Positions 30,148 to 40,417 of a DNA stretch of 64,000 nucleotides are shown in pieces. Origin of the DNA: Planctomycetota bacterium (GTDB taxonomy: Bacteria; Planctomycetota; Planctomycetia; Pirellulales; Lacipirellulaceae); contig JBCCXZ010000005.1 in assembly GCA_039190745.1 (NCBI GenBank), positions 35,506-99,505 on the forward strand, written 5' to 3'. The notes beneath the pieces were generated by a model that saw nothing but the letters and a program-made list of their open reading frames with translations, had not been told where the DNA came from and did no database searches. Positions within the stretch are counted from its first letter, which is position 1. Each line of letters starts with the position of its first letter. Made by a program: the position numbers and the translations under genes.

Positions 30148-31029
30148 CTAGTCCGGCAGCGGCATCGGCTCACTCTCACTCGGGAACCGCTCCGGAGCCG
30201 GCAGCGTGACCTCTCCCGTTGCCGCCCACTCGACGCCTCGGCAAAGCGTCTCTGCGAAGCCCACGCACCGCATGGAGTACGTCGCGTGTCCCAACGTTGT
30301 GTGAAACACCCTACCTTTCCCGTATTCGAGCACCATCAAGAGAGGCTCGTCCCGCCCGGTGCCCCCGATGCCCGGCTCGGCATACGCGGTGGCTAAGATC
30401 GTCATGTTCTCGGCAGGTCCACGCAGCTGCTGGTAGAGCTCGTCTTTCGTGTGCATCCACCGTTCGGGCAGGCCTCGCAAGATTGGGTGATCCGGTTCAC
30501 GGGCTTCGACCACGAACTCGAATTGCTCGCCATGGCCCCCTCCGGGTCCTGGCGACGCGTCGCGGATCAGGCGGTCTTCGCGGAAGTAGACATAAGGCCC
30601 AGCAGACTCCGTCCGACCCCTCCAGCCACCCAGGCCGATCATGCGGTTGTACTGCGGCCAGCCCGGAAACGCATTGTTCGCCGCGTGAACGCTTACGAAA
30701 CCGCCGCCCCCGTTCACGAAAGCCTCAAAGGCGTCGTTCGTTGTTGCTGGCCAAGCCTCGCCGTCGTAGTTGCTGACCACGACGTCATAAGCAAGAAAGT
30801 TCGGTGAGAATCCCGAGAGGTCTGCTCCTTGGGGAGGCGAGGTAGCAACTTCTACCTCGAAGCGTCCACATTCCTCGAGCACCCTGTGTAGGATCGGCGT
30901 GGTATCGGCCCAAGCGTGGTGCTTGTTCTGCCCGTCGATAACCAAAGCGCGGATCTTCTCAGCCGCCAGAAGCCGCGGAGGATAACAGCAGAAAAACGCG
31001 AGCAGGGCGATTGTTGTCGTGCGACGCAT
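30148..31029 (-). CDS. Secreted ThuA-like domain protein
   Basis: Signal peptide; DGQNKHH.W, GGGFVSVHAA, HPILRGLP..W....DELY, YGKGRVFHTTLGH, RGVEWAA. Confidence 0.88.
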   Translation of the reverse strand: MRRTTTIALLAFFCCYPPRLLAAEKIRALVIDGQNKHHAWADTTPILHRVLEECGRFEVEVATSPPQGADLSGFSPNFLAYDVVVSNYDGEAWPATTNDAFEAFVNGGGGFVSVHAANNAFPGWPQYNRMIGLGGWRGRTESAGPYVYFREDRLIRDASPGPGGGHGEQFEFVVEAREPDHPILRGLPERWMHTKDELYQQLRGPAENMTILATAYAEPGIGGTGRDEPLLMVLEYGKGRVFHTTLGHATYSMRCVGFAETLCRGVEWAATGEVTLPAPERFPSESEPMPLPD

Positions 31030-31060
31030 TACAGCAGATTAACACATGCCCGCTCGAAGC

Positions 31061-32731
31061 TCACCCACGCACGTCGCGAGGCAATGCCGGGATGCACAGC
31101 TCGTCGAACCCAGACCCGAGCTCACGACCCATCACACCCCGCGGCCGATAGAGGTCGCGCATCGCCGCGATGTCGCTGCTGGCCGCCATAAACGCCGCTA
31201 CGACGATCGGGTCCCATTGCGTCCCGGCGCCTTCGGTCAAGATCGCGATGGCACGTTCGTGCGGCATGCCTTTGCGGTAGGCACGGTCGCTGGTCATCGC
31301 GTCGTAGGCGTCGACCACCGCGAGAACCCGGCCATCAAGAGAAATCGCGTCCCCACGCAGTCCGTCGGGGTAGCCTTTGCCGTCCACGCGTTCGTGGTGC
31401 TGCAACACGCCGGGGAGCACGTAACGCAGTTCATCCAGCTCTCGGAGGATGCCCCACCCCTCGGCCGGGTGCCGCTTGATCAGTTCGAACTCCTCTGGGG
31501 TAAGCGGACCCTCTTTCTTCAGCACCGCGTCGCTTACCCCGATCTTACCGATGTCGTGCAGCAGGCCGGTCAGGTACAGCTTTTGGCACGCCTGATCGGG
31601 AACGCCCATCTCTTCCGCCACGCGTCGAGCGAAGAGGCCTACCCGTTCGCTGTGGCCGCAGGTGTACTTGTCCTTGAGTTCCACCGCCGACACCAACGCT
31701 CGGACCATGTTGATCAGCAAGCGTTCCCGCTCTTGCATCATCAAGCGGTTGTTGGCGTGCGATGCGAACATCGCGGTCACAGTCGTCAGCAGCGAGGCCT
31801 GGCTCGTGCCAAACTCCTTGTCGGTCTGGTTGCGACCCTCAACGCCGGGCGTCCCCTTCGGTTCGCGGTTGAGAACCACAAACCACCCGAACACGCCGTT
31901 CGTGGAGCGTGCGGGCATCATGATCGCCTCGTGCACGCCGGGGAACCTGCTCGCCTCGGGACGAGACTCAAACCGGTTGAGCAGCAAAGGCTCAGTCCCG
32001 ATCAGGTCGCGGAAGGCGATCACCAAGTCAGCCAGCATTGCCGAGTCGGCTAGGCGGCCGGCGTTGCGATTCATCTGCCAGGAGCTGGCGAGCATCGGGA
32101 ACCCTGCCGAGTCGGCCGCCAAGAAATGAACCTCCTGAGCGCCGAGCGAGCAGCCAAGCCCCGGCAAGTTGTCCTCGATTGCGTTGAGTTCCGGCTCGCT
32201 CTCTGAGCAGTCCGCCAACGATTTGGCGACCGACCGGAGGTAAGTCAGTCCCTCGAAGTCGTCTCGCAACTGATGGACGAAGAAGTCGTTCTCTTCACGG
32301 AGCGATCGGCTCCTTTGGGTGTCCTTGTCCCAAGCAACTACGGTCTTTGCCAGTCGCACAGACAATGCCGAGTCTTGCGATGCACACGCTAAGGTCGCCA
32401 CAAAACGATTAGAGCCCGATCGGAAGGCAAGGGGCACCAGAACCAGCGTCGAGCCCGACCCGAAATCAAGGGTAACCGGAAACTCCGTCTCGCAAGCCGA
32501 GTGAAAAGCCTCGCCCAATTCTGCACGGAATGGCTCGTCGGTCTCGCACCGCAGGGCCGCCTCGACGCCGTGATTCGAGTCCATGGGGTCAAAAGTTACA
32601 GGGAGCCACTCGTCCGTTCCCCCGCAAGACCAGACGTCCACAGGCCTCTCAAAACCCTGTTCGAGCCGCGTGTGCAATAACGCAGCGGCCGAAGGAAGGG
32701 TCGGCTTGGATGTTGCTGTGCCTGTTGCCAT
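31061..32731 (-). CDS. HD-GYP domain c-di-GMP phosphodiesterase with N-terminal sensor (GAF-like) region; start uncertain
   Basis: KDKYTCGHSERV, LLHDIGKIG, HPAEG, HHERVDGKGYPDGL, VVDAYDAMTSDRAYR, GTQWDP. Confidence 0.92.
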   Translation of the reverse strand: MATGTATSKPTLPSAAALLHTRLEQGFERPVDVWSCGGTDEWLPVTFDPMDSNHGVEAALRCETDEPFRAELGEAFHSACETEFPVTLDFGSGSTLVLVPLAFRSGSNRFVATLACASQDSALSVRLAKTVVAWDKDTQRSRSLREENDFFVHQLRDDFEGLTYLRSVAKSLADCSESEPELNAIEDNLPGLGCSLGAQEVHFLAADSAGFPMLASSWQMNRNAGRLADSAMLADLVIAFRDLIGTEPLLLNRFESRPEASRFPGVHEAIMMPARSTNGVFGWFVVLNREPKGTPGVEGRNQTDKEFGTSQASLLTTVTAMFASHANNRLMMQERERLLINMVRALVSAVELKDKYTCGHSERVGLFARRVAEEMGVPDQACQKLYLTGLLHDIGKIGVSDAVLKKEGPLTPEEFELIKRHPAEGWGILRELDELRYVLPGVLQHHERVDGKGYPDGLRGDAISLDGRVLAVVDAYDAMTSDRAYRKGMPHERAIAILTEGAGTQWDPIVVAAFMAASSDIAAMRDLYRPRGVMGRELGSGFDELCIPALPRDVRG

Positions 32732-33244
32732 TACGAAACCGTGCCGCCTCGTCGGGTACTTGGGGAACCCGCCGTGACTCATCTTCCAGATTCTGTGAGC
32801 GGTCGCCTGAGAACGGGTCTTCGGGTCTATCGCGTCCCATGGACGGTAGTCCGTAAGGAAAATGTAGGTCACGCCAACCCGCGATCGAGCCAGTGCACCT
32901 ACTTGCGACAGGTGCTACGGGCCCAGCCCGACGCCTGCTAGGCGAGACAGGCGGAATAGCCGACAGGAGGGAAACGGCACAAACGGTAGAGCCCGAACCG
33001 CTGAGCCTTACGCCGCAACCGGTGGGAGAGTGATTCAGAGCCGACTCAAACGCGCCCCGGCCCCAGTTCGTCAACCAATTGCGGTAGACTGGGCTACAGC
33101 AGCTCCGGTTATGCCGAACCTGCCGAAGCACGCTTGACGAGACTTAATCCCATTGCCACCAGCACGCCCGCCATATCCACCAACCCCCACCGGCAGGGTG
33201 AAGACCGCGTTGCGGGCTGCGGAAAGATCGGGAGCAAGATAAGA

Positions 33245-33934
33245 TCAACACGCCGCATCGATCGCGGCTAGCAAGCCCTCGGAATCGGTGAGGTCTTGCA
33301 GGAGCAAGTCGGGCGATTCATCGAGTAGCTCTTCCACCGAGGTCGAACTCGTAGCCACGGCAACTGATACAGCGCCCACCGCCTTGGCGCAGCGAACGTC
33401 GTGGACCGTGTCTCCGATCACCATGGCGCCCGTCAGTCCCGCCCCTCCGGTAGATCGAGACCAGGCTGTCGCAGATTCAACCGCGTCACGTGCGATAAGC
33501 TCGCGCTCGGTGTGAACATCTCCGAACCCGCCGCAGTCGAAGCGCTCCCAGAGGCGGTAGTGTGTTAGTTTCCGTTCCGCCCCGTCCCGCATGTTGCCGG
33601 TCAGCAGCCCAACCAAGACGTCGGCCTGCGTCTCTAGCTGACTGAGGAGTGTCTCAACCCCGGGCAGCACGGCCCCGACGGACGACTGCAATGCGGGCAA
33701 CAATCGCGGCAGATAGCCCTCTCGGAATCGAGCCCAATTCCCATCCGTAGGCTCCACACCATGAACACGCATTAGGTCTAACGCGATCGCCCGGTCGCTC
33801 CTCCCTGCAAATCCAACCTCGTCGGAGATCGAGTCGATCCCGAAGTCTTCTGCAAATGTTTCGGCAAAAGCTACCTTTCCGGCGCCGCCGGTGGTGATGA
33901 GAGTCCCATCAATGTCAAAGAGCACTGCGTACAC
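33245..33934 (-). CDS. HAD-superfamily hydrolase (phosphoglycolate phosphatase-like)
   Basis: LFDIDGTL, LLTGN, GGFGD, VIGDT.HDV.CA. Confidence 0.9.
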   Translation of the reverse strand: MYAVLFDIDGTLITTGGAGKVAFAETFAEDFGIDSISDEVGFAGRSDRAIALDLMRVHGVEPTDGNWARFREGYLPRLLPALQSSVGAVLPGVETLLSQLETQADVLVGLLTGNMRDGAERKLTHYRLWERFDCGGFGDVHTERELIARDAVESATAWSRSTGGAGLTGAMVIGDTVHDVRCAKAVGAVSVAVATSSTSVEELLDESPDLLLQDLTDSEGLLAAIDAAC

Positions 33935-34033
33935 AATGAGTATCCCCGAAAGGTTCCACGCGGGTCGGTCGAATCGGGATTCTACGGGCTCGCAGGGCAG
34001 CAATCGAGGGGATCGAGCCGAGCAAACGAAGGG

Positions 34034-34546
34034 TCAGAACTTGAGCGGAGCCATGCCGCGCAACTCGCGTTGCTCGTTGACCCAGAGTGTTGCAGGCCGC
34101 TCCTTTTCAATCAGCCGCAGCAAGCTGGATGAACTCACGCCCAGGGCCTTTGCGGCAGCCGACAAGGCAAAGTCCGATCTTTGGAGGACATCGAGCACCT
34201 CTGCAAGGAGCGGGGGAAAGTCGACGTGGCCGGCCGCTACTGAAATGCGTCCGTGCGCAGTCCGCCGCTGCCACAGTTCGGAAGGCGCATCGTCTCCGAT
34301 CGCACGGACCCGCACGGCCAAGCGAACACGGAGCCTGTGGATCGCAACTTCACGGTTGCTGGCTTGGCTCCGCCTCTCATTAGCCTCAGCCGAAATGCCT
34401 GAGGGCGTGTGGGTGACCACAACGGCCGTCTCGGTTTTGTTGCGGTGCTGGCCACCGGGTCCGCTTCTGCGCGTCCGTTCGAAACGGCAATCCTGAAGGA
34501 GCCGTTCAATGTCCAGTGAACAAGGGTGGAGACCGCAATCCCCCAT
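34034..34546 (-). CDS. Peptide chain release factor-like protein (GGQ domain)
   Basis: RRSGPGGQHRNKTETAVVVTHTPSG..AEANERRSQ..NR..A..RLR. Confidence 0.88.
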   Translation of the reverse strand: MGDCGLHPCSLDIERLLQDCRFERTRRSGPGGQHRNKTETAVVVTHTPSGISAEANERRSQASNREVAIHRLRVRLAVRVRAIGDDAPSELWQRRTAHGRISVAAGHVDFPPLLAEVLDVLQRSDFALSAAAKALGVSSSSLLRLIEKERPATLWVNEQRELRGMAPLKF

Positions 34547-34661
34547 GGCTTCCCCGTGTGAAGGCTGTACCAACTGCCGGTAGTGGCTACCTGATCGTCG
34601 CGTTCTTTATCTGCACTTGTTCTCGCTGTTTGATGCCGTTCTCAGAAACCAGTCATACGGC

Positions 34662-34693
34662 TTGTCAATTAATGACTGATCGTCAATAATTGA
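34662..34693 (+). promoter_or_regulatory. Sigma-70 promoter overlapped by a 12-5-12 inverted repeat (probable TetR operator)
   Basis: TTGTCA (34662-34667), 17 bp, AATAAT (34685-34690). Inverted repeat TCAATTAATGAC-tgatc-GTCAATAATTGA (34665-34693) has 1 mismatch. Confidence 0.7.
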
Positions 34694-34699
34694 GTTGTC

Positions 34700-35413
34700 A
34701 TGGTAACACAGGCCCGAAAAGAACGCGAGCGACTCGAGAGAGAGGACCAGATCCTTGCTCATGCGCTCGAAATGCTGCAGCAATCTGGCTATTTGGGCCT
34801 CAACATGGACCGAATCGCTGCACGCATGGAGTATTCCAAAGGCACAATCTACCAACACTTCCGGAACAAAGAGGAAATCATCCTCGCTCTGGCGAACCGC
34901 GCTCTTGAGAAACGCGTGGACATGTTTCGCCGTGCGGCGACCTGGAGTGGTCGACCGCGAGAGCGGATGGCCGCAATCGGGGCTGCCGCCGAGTCTTTTG
35001 TTGAGAAGTACCCGCACCATTTTACGGTCGAGCAGATCGTGAGGTGTGCTTCGATCTGGGAGAAAACCTCTGAGGAGCGGCGACGCATCATGGAGACCTG
35101 CGAATCGCAGTGCCTGCAGATCGTGAGCGGTATCGTTCGGGACGGCCTGTCGTCAGGCGAGCTGCAACTGCCAGAAGACCGCTCGCCGGAAGACTTGGTG
35201 TTTGGGCTATGGTCCATGAGTTGGGGAGCCTACACCATCCTGACCACAAGCGAGACTCTGTCGGAGAATGGGATCACAGACCCGGTCCTCGCCCTCCGTC
35301 ACAATATGCACGAGATGCTGGACGGCTACGGCTGGGAGCCGCTGTCAGAGGTCTTGGACTACAACTCGGTGATGGATCAAGTCAAAGCGGGATTCGAGAG
35401 AGAACAATCATGA
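34700..35413 (+). CDS. TetR/AcrR family transcriptional regulator
   Basis: N-terminal HTH GYLGLNMDRIAARMEYSKGTIYQHFRNKEEI. Confidence 0.93.
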   Translation: MVTQARKERERLEREDQILAHALEMLQQSGYLGLNMDRIAARMEYSKGTIYQHFRNKEEIILALANRALEKRVDMFRRAATWSGRPRERMAAIGAAAESFVEKYPHHFTVEQIVRCASIWEKTSEERRRIMETCESQCLQIVSGIVRDGLSSGELQLPEDRSPEDLVFGLWSMSWGAYTILTTSETLSENGITDPVLALRHNMHEMLDGYGWEPLSEVLDYNSVMDQVKAGFEREQS

Positions 35414-36768
35414 GCAAGGCCGGTAGCACTCGACCCTTTTTTTTGGCAACGCTTTTGACGAACCGTCAAAGTACGACGCGACGGCGGATCGGAGTTTGTA
35501 TCTTGCTAGCGGCAGGCTTTGTCGGCCTCTACTACGGGGCAACCTCATTCGCTTCGCAGGCCGACGAGGCACCCGCTGCTCCCGCGACCGCACGGCCGGT
35601 ACCGGTTGAGATCGCCGTCGCCGAGAAGAGTGCGTTCTACATGCGGCACCGTGAGTACACCGGCGTGATTCGGGAGGCTCGCAAGAGCCTGTTAAGCTTC
35701 CAGGTCGGCGGGGAGATCGAAGAGATACTGTTCGACGAAGGAGACCGCGTTGAACACGGACAGCTGATCGCCCGACTCGACGACCGACACATCCGTGCCC
35801 GGCTGGCTCAGCTCGAAGCGGAGCACGCCGAAGCCGCCGCGGTGCTCGCAGAGTTGATCGCGGGGCCGAGGGTCGAGGCGATCGCATCGAAGCGTGCGGA
35901 ACTGCGACAGCTGGTCGCAATGCGCGACGACATCGCCCACAAACTGGAACGTCGGGAACAACTCCTCCGCTCCGCGTCGGTCTCCGAGGAAGAAGTGCAG
36001 AGTTACCGCTATGAACTCGACAGCTCCAGAGCGCGAGCCGATGCGGTCGCGCGGCAGCTCGACGAGTTGGTAGCGGGGACGCGAAAAGAGAAGATCACAG
36101 CTCAGCGTGCCCGCCTCGCGCGGCTGGACGCTTCGATCACAGAAGTCGCGCACGACCTCGAAGACACCCTCTTGAAGGCGCCTTACTCCGGCAGGATCAG
36201 CCAGCGGATGATCGACGAGGGCACGGTGCTCGCCGTCGGGACGCCGATCGCGGAGATGATCGACGACACCCGGTTGGAAGCGTGGGTCGGATTGCCCGCG
36301 AGCGAGACGAGCGAGCTGAAAGCGGGGTCTCCATACGAAGTGAGCTGCGGGGGCCGAAACCTTCCCGCCGTTCTCCGGTCGCTGTCGCCGCTGCTGGACG
36401 ATGCCACACGCACTCGGAACGTGATCCTCGACCTCAAGAGCTCTGCGGCTACGGGCCTCCTTCCTGGGCAAATCGTTCGGTTTGCTGCCGAGCAGCGAGT
36501 CGACGAACCCGGTTTCTGGGTGCCCACGACGGCGCTGGTGCGTGGCACTCGGGGGCTCTGGTCGGTCTACGCCGTTGAAGACTCCGCAGACCGCCAAATG
36601 CTGGCGCGCCGTGATGTGGAGGTACTCGACACGGTCGGCGGACGCAGCTACGTGCGCGGCACACTGATGCCAGGAGACCGCGTCGTCGTCGACGGGTCGC
36701 ACCGCGTGGTAGCTGGGCAGTCGGTCGTGATCTCGCCCGCGCGGGTTGCCGACGTCAGCAAGAACTAG
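35410..36768 (+). CDS. RND efflux periplasmic adaptor (membrane fusion protein)
   Basis: ATGA overlap with tetR; N-terminal TM; LSFQVGG.I..I..DEGDRV..GQLIARLD; coiled coil; LKAPYSG.I; VVVDG.HRV..GQ.V. Confidence 0.92.
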   Translation: MSKAGSTRPFFLATLLTNRQSTTRRRIGVCILLAAGFVGLYYGATSFASQADEAPAAPATARPVPVEIAVAEKSAFYMRHREYTGVIREARKSLLSFQVGGEIEEILFDEGDRVEHGQLIARLDDRHIRARLAQLEAEHAEAAAVLAELIAGPRVEAIASKRAELRQLVAMRDDIAHKLERREQLLRSASVSEEEVQSYRYELDSSRARADAVARQLDELVAGTRKEKITAQRARLARLDASITEVAHDLEDTLLKAPYSGRISQRMIDEGTVLAVGTPIAEMIDDTRLEAWVGLPASETSELKAGSPYEVSCGGRNLPAVLRSLSPLLDDATRTRNVILDLKSSAATGLLPGQIVRFAAEQRVDEPGFWVPTTALVRGTRGLWSVYAVEDSADRQMLARRDVEVLDTVGGRSYVRGTLMPGDRVVVDGSHRVVAGQSVVISPARVADVSKN

Positions 36769-36810
36769 CCGCGTCCTCCCGCCCCATCTCCTTCCAATGA
36801 GCCCGCCACG

Positions 36811-39800
36811 ATGAACGACAACGATACAAAGCCGTTAGAAGTCGCGAGCCTCTTCTTCGACAATAGACGGCTGCTGTTGTTGGCCTTGTTGCTCATCCTC
36901 GTAGCAGGACTGTCGTCGTTCTACGTGCTGCCGCGGATGGAAGACCCGGTCCTTACGCAGCGGGTCGCCATAATCAACACCCTCTACCCCGGCGCGGGCG
37001 CCGAGCGGGTGGAGGCCTTAATTACTGAGAAAATCGAGGAAGAGCTGCAGGAGATCGAAGAGATCAAAGAGCTGCGGTCTTCGAGCCGGGCGGGCATCTC
37101 GACGATCACGATCGAGCTGAAGGATAGCGTCTACGAGGTCGACGAGGTCTGGTCCCGCGTGCGGGACAAGATGGACGACGCGAGTATCTTGCTACCGCCA
37201 GAGGCGTTGGAGCCCGACTTCGACCTGCTTGAGGTGACCGCCTACGCGTCGATCGTCTCGTTGGTGTGGGAGCTTCCCGGGGAGGCCAACTACGCCGTCC
37301 TGCGTCGGCTCGCCGAAGCCCTGGAAGACGCGATGCGGGCCGTGCCCGGAACCCGAGAAGTCGACACTTACGGCGACCCGAGCGAAGAGGTTACCGTCGT
37401 CGTGCAGCAAGACGAACTGGCCTCGCTGGGCCTGACCGCGGCGGATGTCGCGGCACAGATCGCCGCGAGCGACGCGAAGGTCTCCGCGGGCCAACTGCGG
37501 ACGCCCGATGGCTCGTTCATCATGGAGGTCGACACCGAGCTCGAGACACTCGAACGCATCCGGGCGATCCCGATCAACTACGGATCGGACGGGCGGTTCG
37601 TGCGGCTGGCAGACCTGGCGGAGGTTAAGAAGACGATCCTCGACCCGCCGCGGAGCGTGGCGGTGGTCGATGGGCAGCCTGCGATCGCCCTGGGGGCGTT
37701 GGTGCGGGAAGAAAAACGGGTCGACCTTTGGGCGGCGGACTTCGACGCGGCGGTCCGAGAGTTCGAGTCGGAGCTGCCTCAGGGAGTGCGGCTCGCCCGA
37801 CTGTTTGAGCAGAACGAGTACGTCGCAGACCGGCTGTCGACGCTGCTGGGCAACCTGATCGCCGGGGCCAGTGCCGTGGTGTTTGTCATCTGGCTGATGA
37901 TGGGCTGGCGCAGCGCATTGGTGGTCGGGTCGGCGTTGCCACTCGCGGCGTTGATGGTGCTGGCGGGGATGCGTTTCATGGGCATCCCGATGCACCAGAT
38001 GTCGATCACCGGTTTGATCATTGCGTTGGGTCTGTTGATCGATAACGCGATTGTTATGGTCGACGAGGTCCGCGAGCGGATATCTGACGGCGAGGAGCGG
38101 CGACACGCGGTGGCGGGTGCGGTGAAGCACTTGGCGATCCCGCTGCTCGGCTCGACGGTGACGACCGCCTTGTCGTTCGCGCCGATCGCGTTGATGCCGG
38201 GACCAGCTGGGGAATTCGTCGGGTCGATCGCGGTAAGCGTCATCCTAGCAGTGGCCAGCTCGTTTGCTTTGGCGATGACAATCACGCCGACGCTGATCGC
38301 GATTTTCAGCGGCGGCGCCGCGGCGGCGAGGCCCCGCCGATGGTGGCGTGACGGCTATTCCAACAGCCGGCTGACGCGGGTGTACCGCGCGGCGTTGGGC
38401 TTCACTTTCCGCCACCCGGTGGTGGGCGTGCTGCTGGGGATGGTGTTGCCGGTGACGGGGTTCATCCTGGCCGGGACGCTCACCGAGCAGTTCTTCCCGC
38501 CATCGGACCGCAATCAATTCCAGGTGCAGATGACTCTGCCCTCTCAATCGTCGATCGGCCTGACCGAGCGGACCGCCATGCGGGCGCGCGACCTGATGCT
38601 GCAGCACGAGTTGGTGGAGTCGGTTCAGTGGTTTATCGGCGAGAGCGCTCCGCCGTTCTATTACAACATGCTCGCCAATCGGGAGGGCACGCCGCAGTAC
38701 GCTCAGGCGTTGGTACAGATCGGTCGGGCCGGGGATGCCGAGGGCGTGATCCGCGAGCTTCAGGCGTTGCTCGACCAGTCTCTGCCGGAGGCGCAAACGC
38801 TGGTACGACAGCTCGAGCAGGGGCCGCCGTTCGAGGCGCCGGTCGAGGTCCGGCTCTACGGGCCCGACCTGCAGGTTCTGCAGGAGTTGGGCGACGAAGT
38901 ACGGCGCGTCCTGTCGGAGACGCCGGACGTGCTGCACACGACGGCCAACCTGGCGGAGGCGTTGCCGAAGCTGGCGGTGCAGATCGACGAACAGCAGGCG
39001 CGGCTGGCGGGGATGGACCACCGCTCGGTGGCGCGGCAGTTGGACACGACGCTGGAAGGGGCGACCGGCGGCTCGATCTTGGAAGAGACCGAGGAACTCA
39101 CCGTGCGGGTGCGGGAAGCGAACGAGCGGCGGGCGGACCTGAGCCAGGTAGCTTCGCTCGACCTCTTGCCGCCGGGCTCGACGGGGCTGGAGCAGTCGAC
39201 GCCGCTCTCTTCTCTGGCCGACGTGGCGTTGGTGCCGGAGATCTCGGTAGTGCCGCATTTCAACACTCAGCGGATGAACGAAGTGCAGGCTTACATCACC
39301 GCGGGCGTGCTGCCTGCGCAGGTGTTGGCCGACTTTCAGCAGCGACTGGCGGCCGCGGGTTTTGAGGTCCCGCCGGGGTACTCGTTCGAGTACGGGGGCG
39401 AGGCCTCAAAGCGGGACGACGCGGTGGGTAACCTCCTCTCGAGCGTGGCGGTGCTGATGGTGATGATGGCGGCCACGCTGGTGCTGAGCTTCGGCAGCTT
39501 CCGGATGGCGGGCTTGGTGGCGATGGTCGGCGCCCTGTCGGTCGGGCTGAGCTTGGGGGCGCTCGCGGTGTTCGGGTACCCGTTTGGCTTCATGGCGATC
39601 GTGGGGACGATGGGCCTGGTCGGCGTGGCGATCAACGACACGATTGTGGTGCTGGCCGCTTTGCGTGAGGATCGGCTCGCGCGGGAGGGCGACCCCGACG
39701 CGGTGCGTGACGTGGTGGTGCGGGCGACTCGGCACGTGGTGGCGACCACGCTGACGACGATCGCCGGGTTCATGCCGCTGCTATTGGGCGGCGGGGGTTT

Positions 39801-39975
39801 CTGGCCCCCGTTGGCGACGACGATCGCCGGGGGCGTGGCGGGGGCAACGATCTTGGCGTTGTTCTTCGCGCCGTCGTGCTACGTGCTGCTGATGTGCCGG
39901 GGACGGCACGCGAGCGGCGGGTCGGAGGCCGAGCCGGTTGGGGCGTCGGCCGAGCGGGAGTTGGTTGCGGTCTAG
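36811..39975 (+). CDS. RND efflux permease (AcrB/AcrD/AcrF family)
   Basis: 1054 aa; LPRMEDP, GLIIALGLLIDNAIVMVDE, STVTTALSFAP, FFPPSDR, GLVGVAINDTIV, TTLTTIAGFMPL. Confidence 0.95.
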   Translation: MNDNDTKPLEVASLFFDNRRLLLLALLLILVAGLSSFYVLPRMEDPVLTQRVAIINTLYPGAGAERVEALITEKIEEELQEIEEIKELRSSSRAGISTITIELKDSVYEVDEVWSRVRDKMDDASILLPPEALEPDFDLLEVTAYASIVSLVWELPGEANYAVLRRLAEALEDAMRAVPGTREVDTYGDPSEEVTVVVQQDELASLGLTAADVAAQIAASDAKVSAGQLRTPDGSFIMEVDTELETLERIRAIPINYGSDGRFVRLADLAEVKKTILDPPRSVAVVDGQPAIALGALVREEKRVDLWAADFDAAVREFESELPQGVRLARLFEQNEYVADRLSTLLGNLIAGASAVVFVIWLMMGWRSALVVGSALPLAALMVLAGMRFMGIPMHQMSITGLIIALGLLIDNAIVMVDEVRERISDGEERRHAVAGAVKHLAIPLLGSTVTTALSFAPIALMPGPAGEFVGSIAVSVILAVASSFALAMTITPTLIAIFSGGAAAARPRRWWRDGYSNSRLTRVYRAALGFTFRHPVVGVLLGMVLPVTGFILAGTLTEQFFPPSDRNQFQVQMTLPSQSSIGLTERTAMRARDLMLQHELVESVQWFIGESAPPFYYNMLANREGTPQYAQALVQIGRAGDAEGVIRELQALLDQSLPEAQTLVRQLEQGPPFEAPVEVRLYGPDLQVLQELGDEVRRVLSETPDVLHTTANLAEALPKLAVQIDEQQARLAGMDHRSVARQLDTTLEGATGGSILEETEELTVRVREANERRADLSQVASLDLLPPGSTGLEQSTPLSSLADVALVPEISVVPHFNTQRMNEVQAYITAGVLPAQVLADFQQRLAAAGFEVPPGYSFEYGGEASKRDDAVGNLLSSVAVLMVMMAATLVLSFGSFRMAGLVAMVGALSVGLSLGALAVFGYPFGFMAIVGTMGLVGVAINDTIVVLAALREDRLAREGDPDAVRDVVVRATRHVVATTLTTIAGFMPLLLGGGGFWPPLATTIAGGVAGATILALFFAPSCYVLLMCRGRHASGGSEAEPVGASAERELVAV

Positions 39976-40417
39976 TTCTGTCCACGATCAACTTTTGGCG
40001 CCATTCGGGGAACACGCGGCGATACGCCAAAAGTCGGGGCATTTGTCCGCCGTCGCTGGGGCGTGACCCTGTTTTATTGGATTGCGGCGGCTGATGGCGC
40101 GGACTCAATCAACGCGGGTTTAGGTTTTCGGTGGTTGAGTTTTTAATGACGAAACTCTTCGGCTTTCCTGCGTGGGTTGCTTCTTGGCGGTCGGCCGTCG
40201 ACGCGTAGATCGACGGTTAGGAACGCGATGATTGTTGTTTCGAAGTCTTGTCTTGCTGGCAGAGCTCCCCACTTCATAGCAACTGTAGTGGCCCAATTTC
40301 AACAAGATTCTTGACGGCATTCGGGGGTGCTTTCTGGTGCGCATCCTAGCTGGCGGGTAGCCGCGCTCGTTGATACGTTGGGAGGGTTCACTTGTGGAAC
40401 TAATCAGGAGGCTTGGG

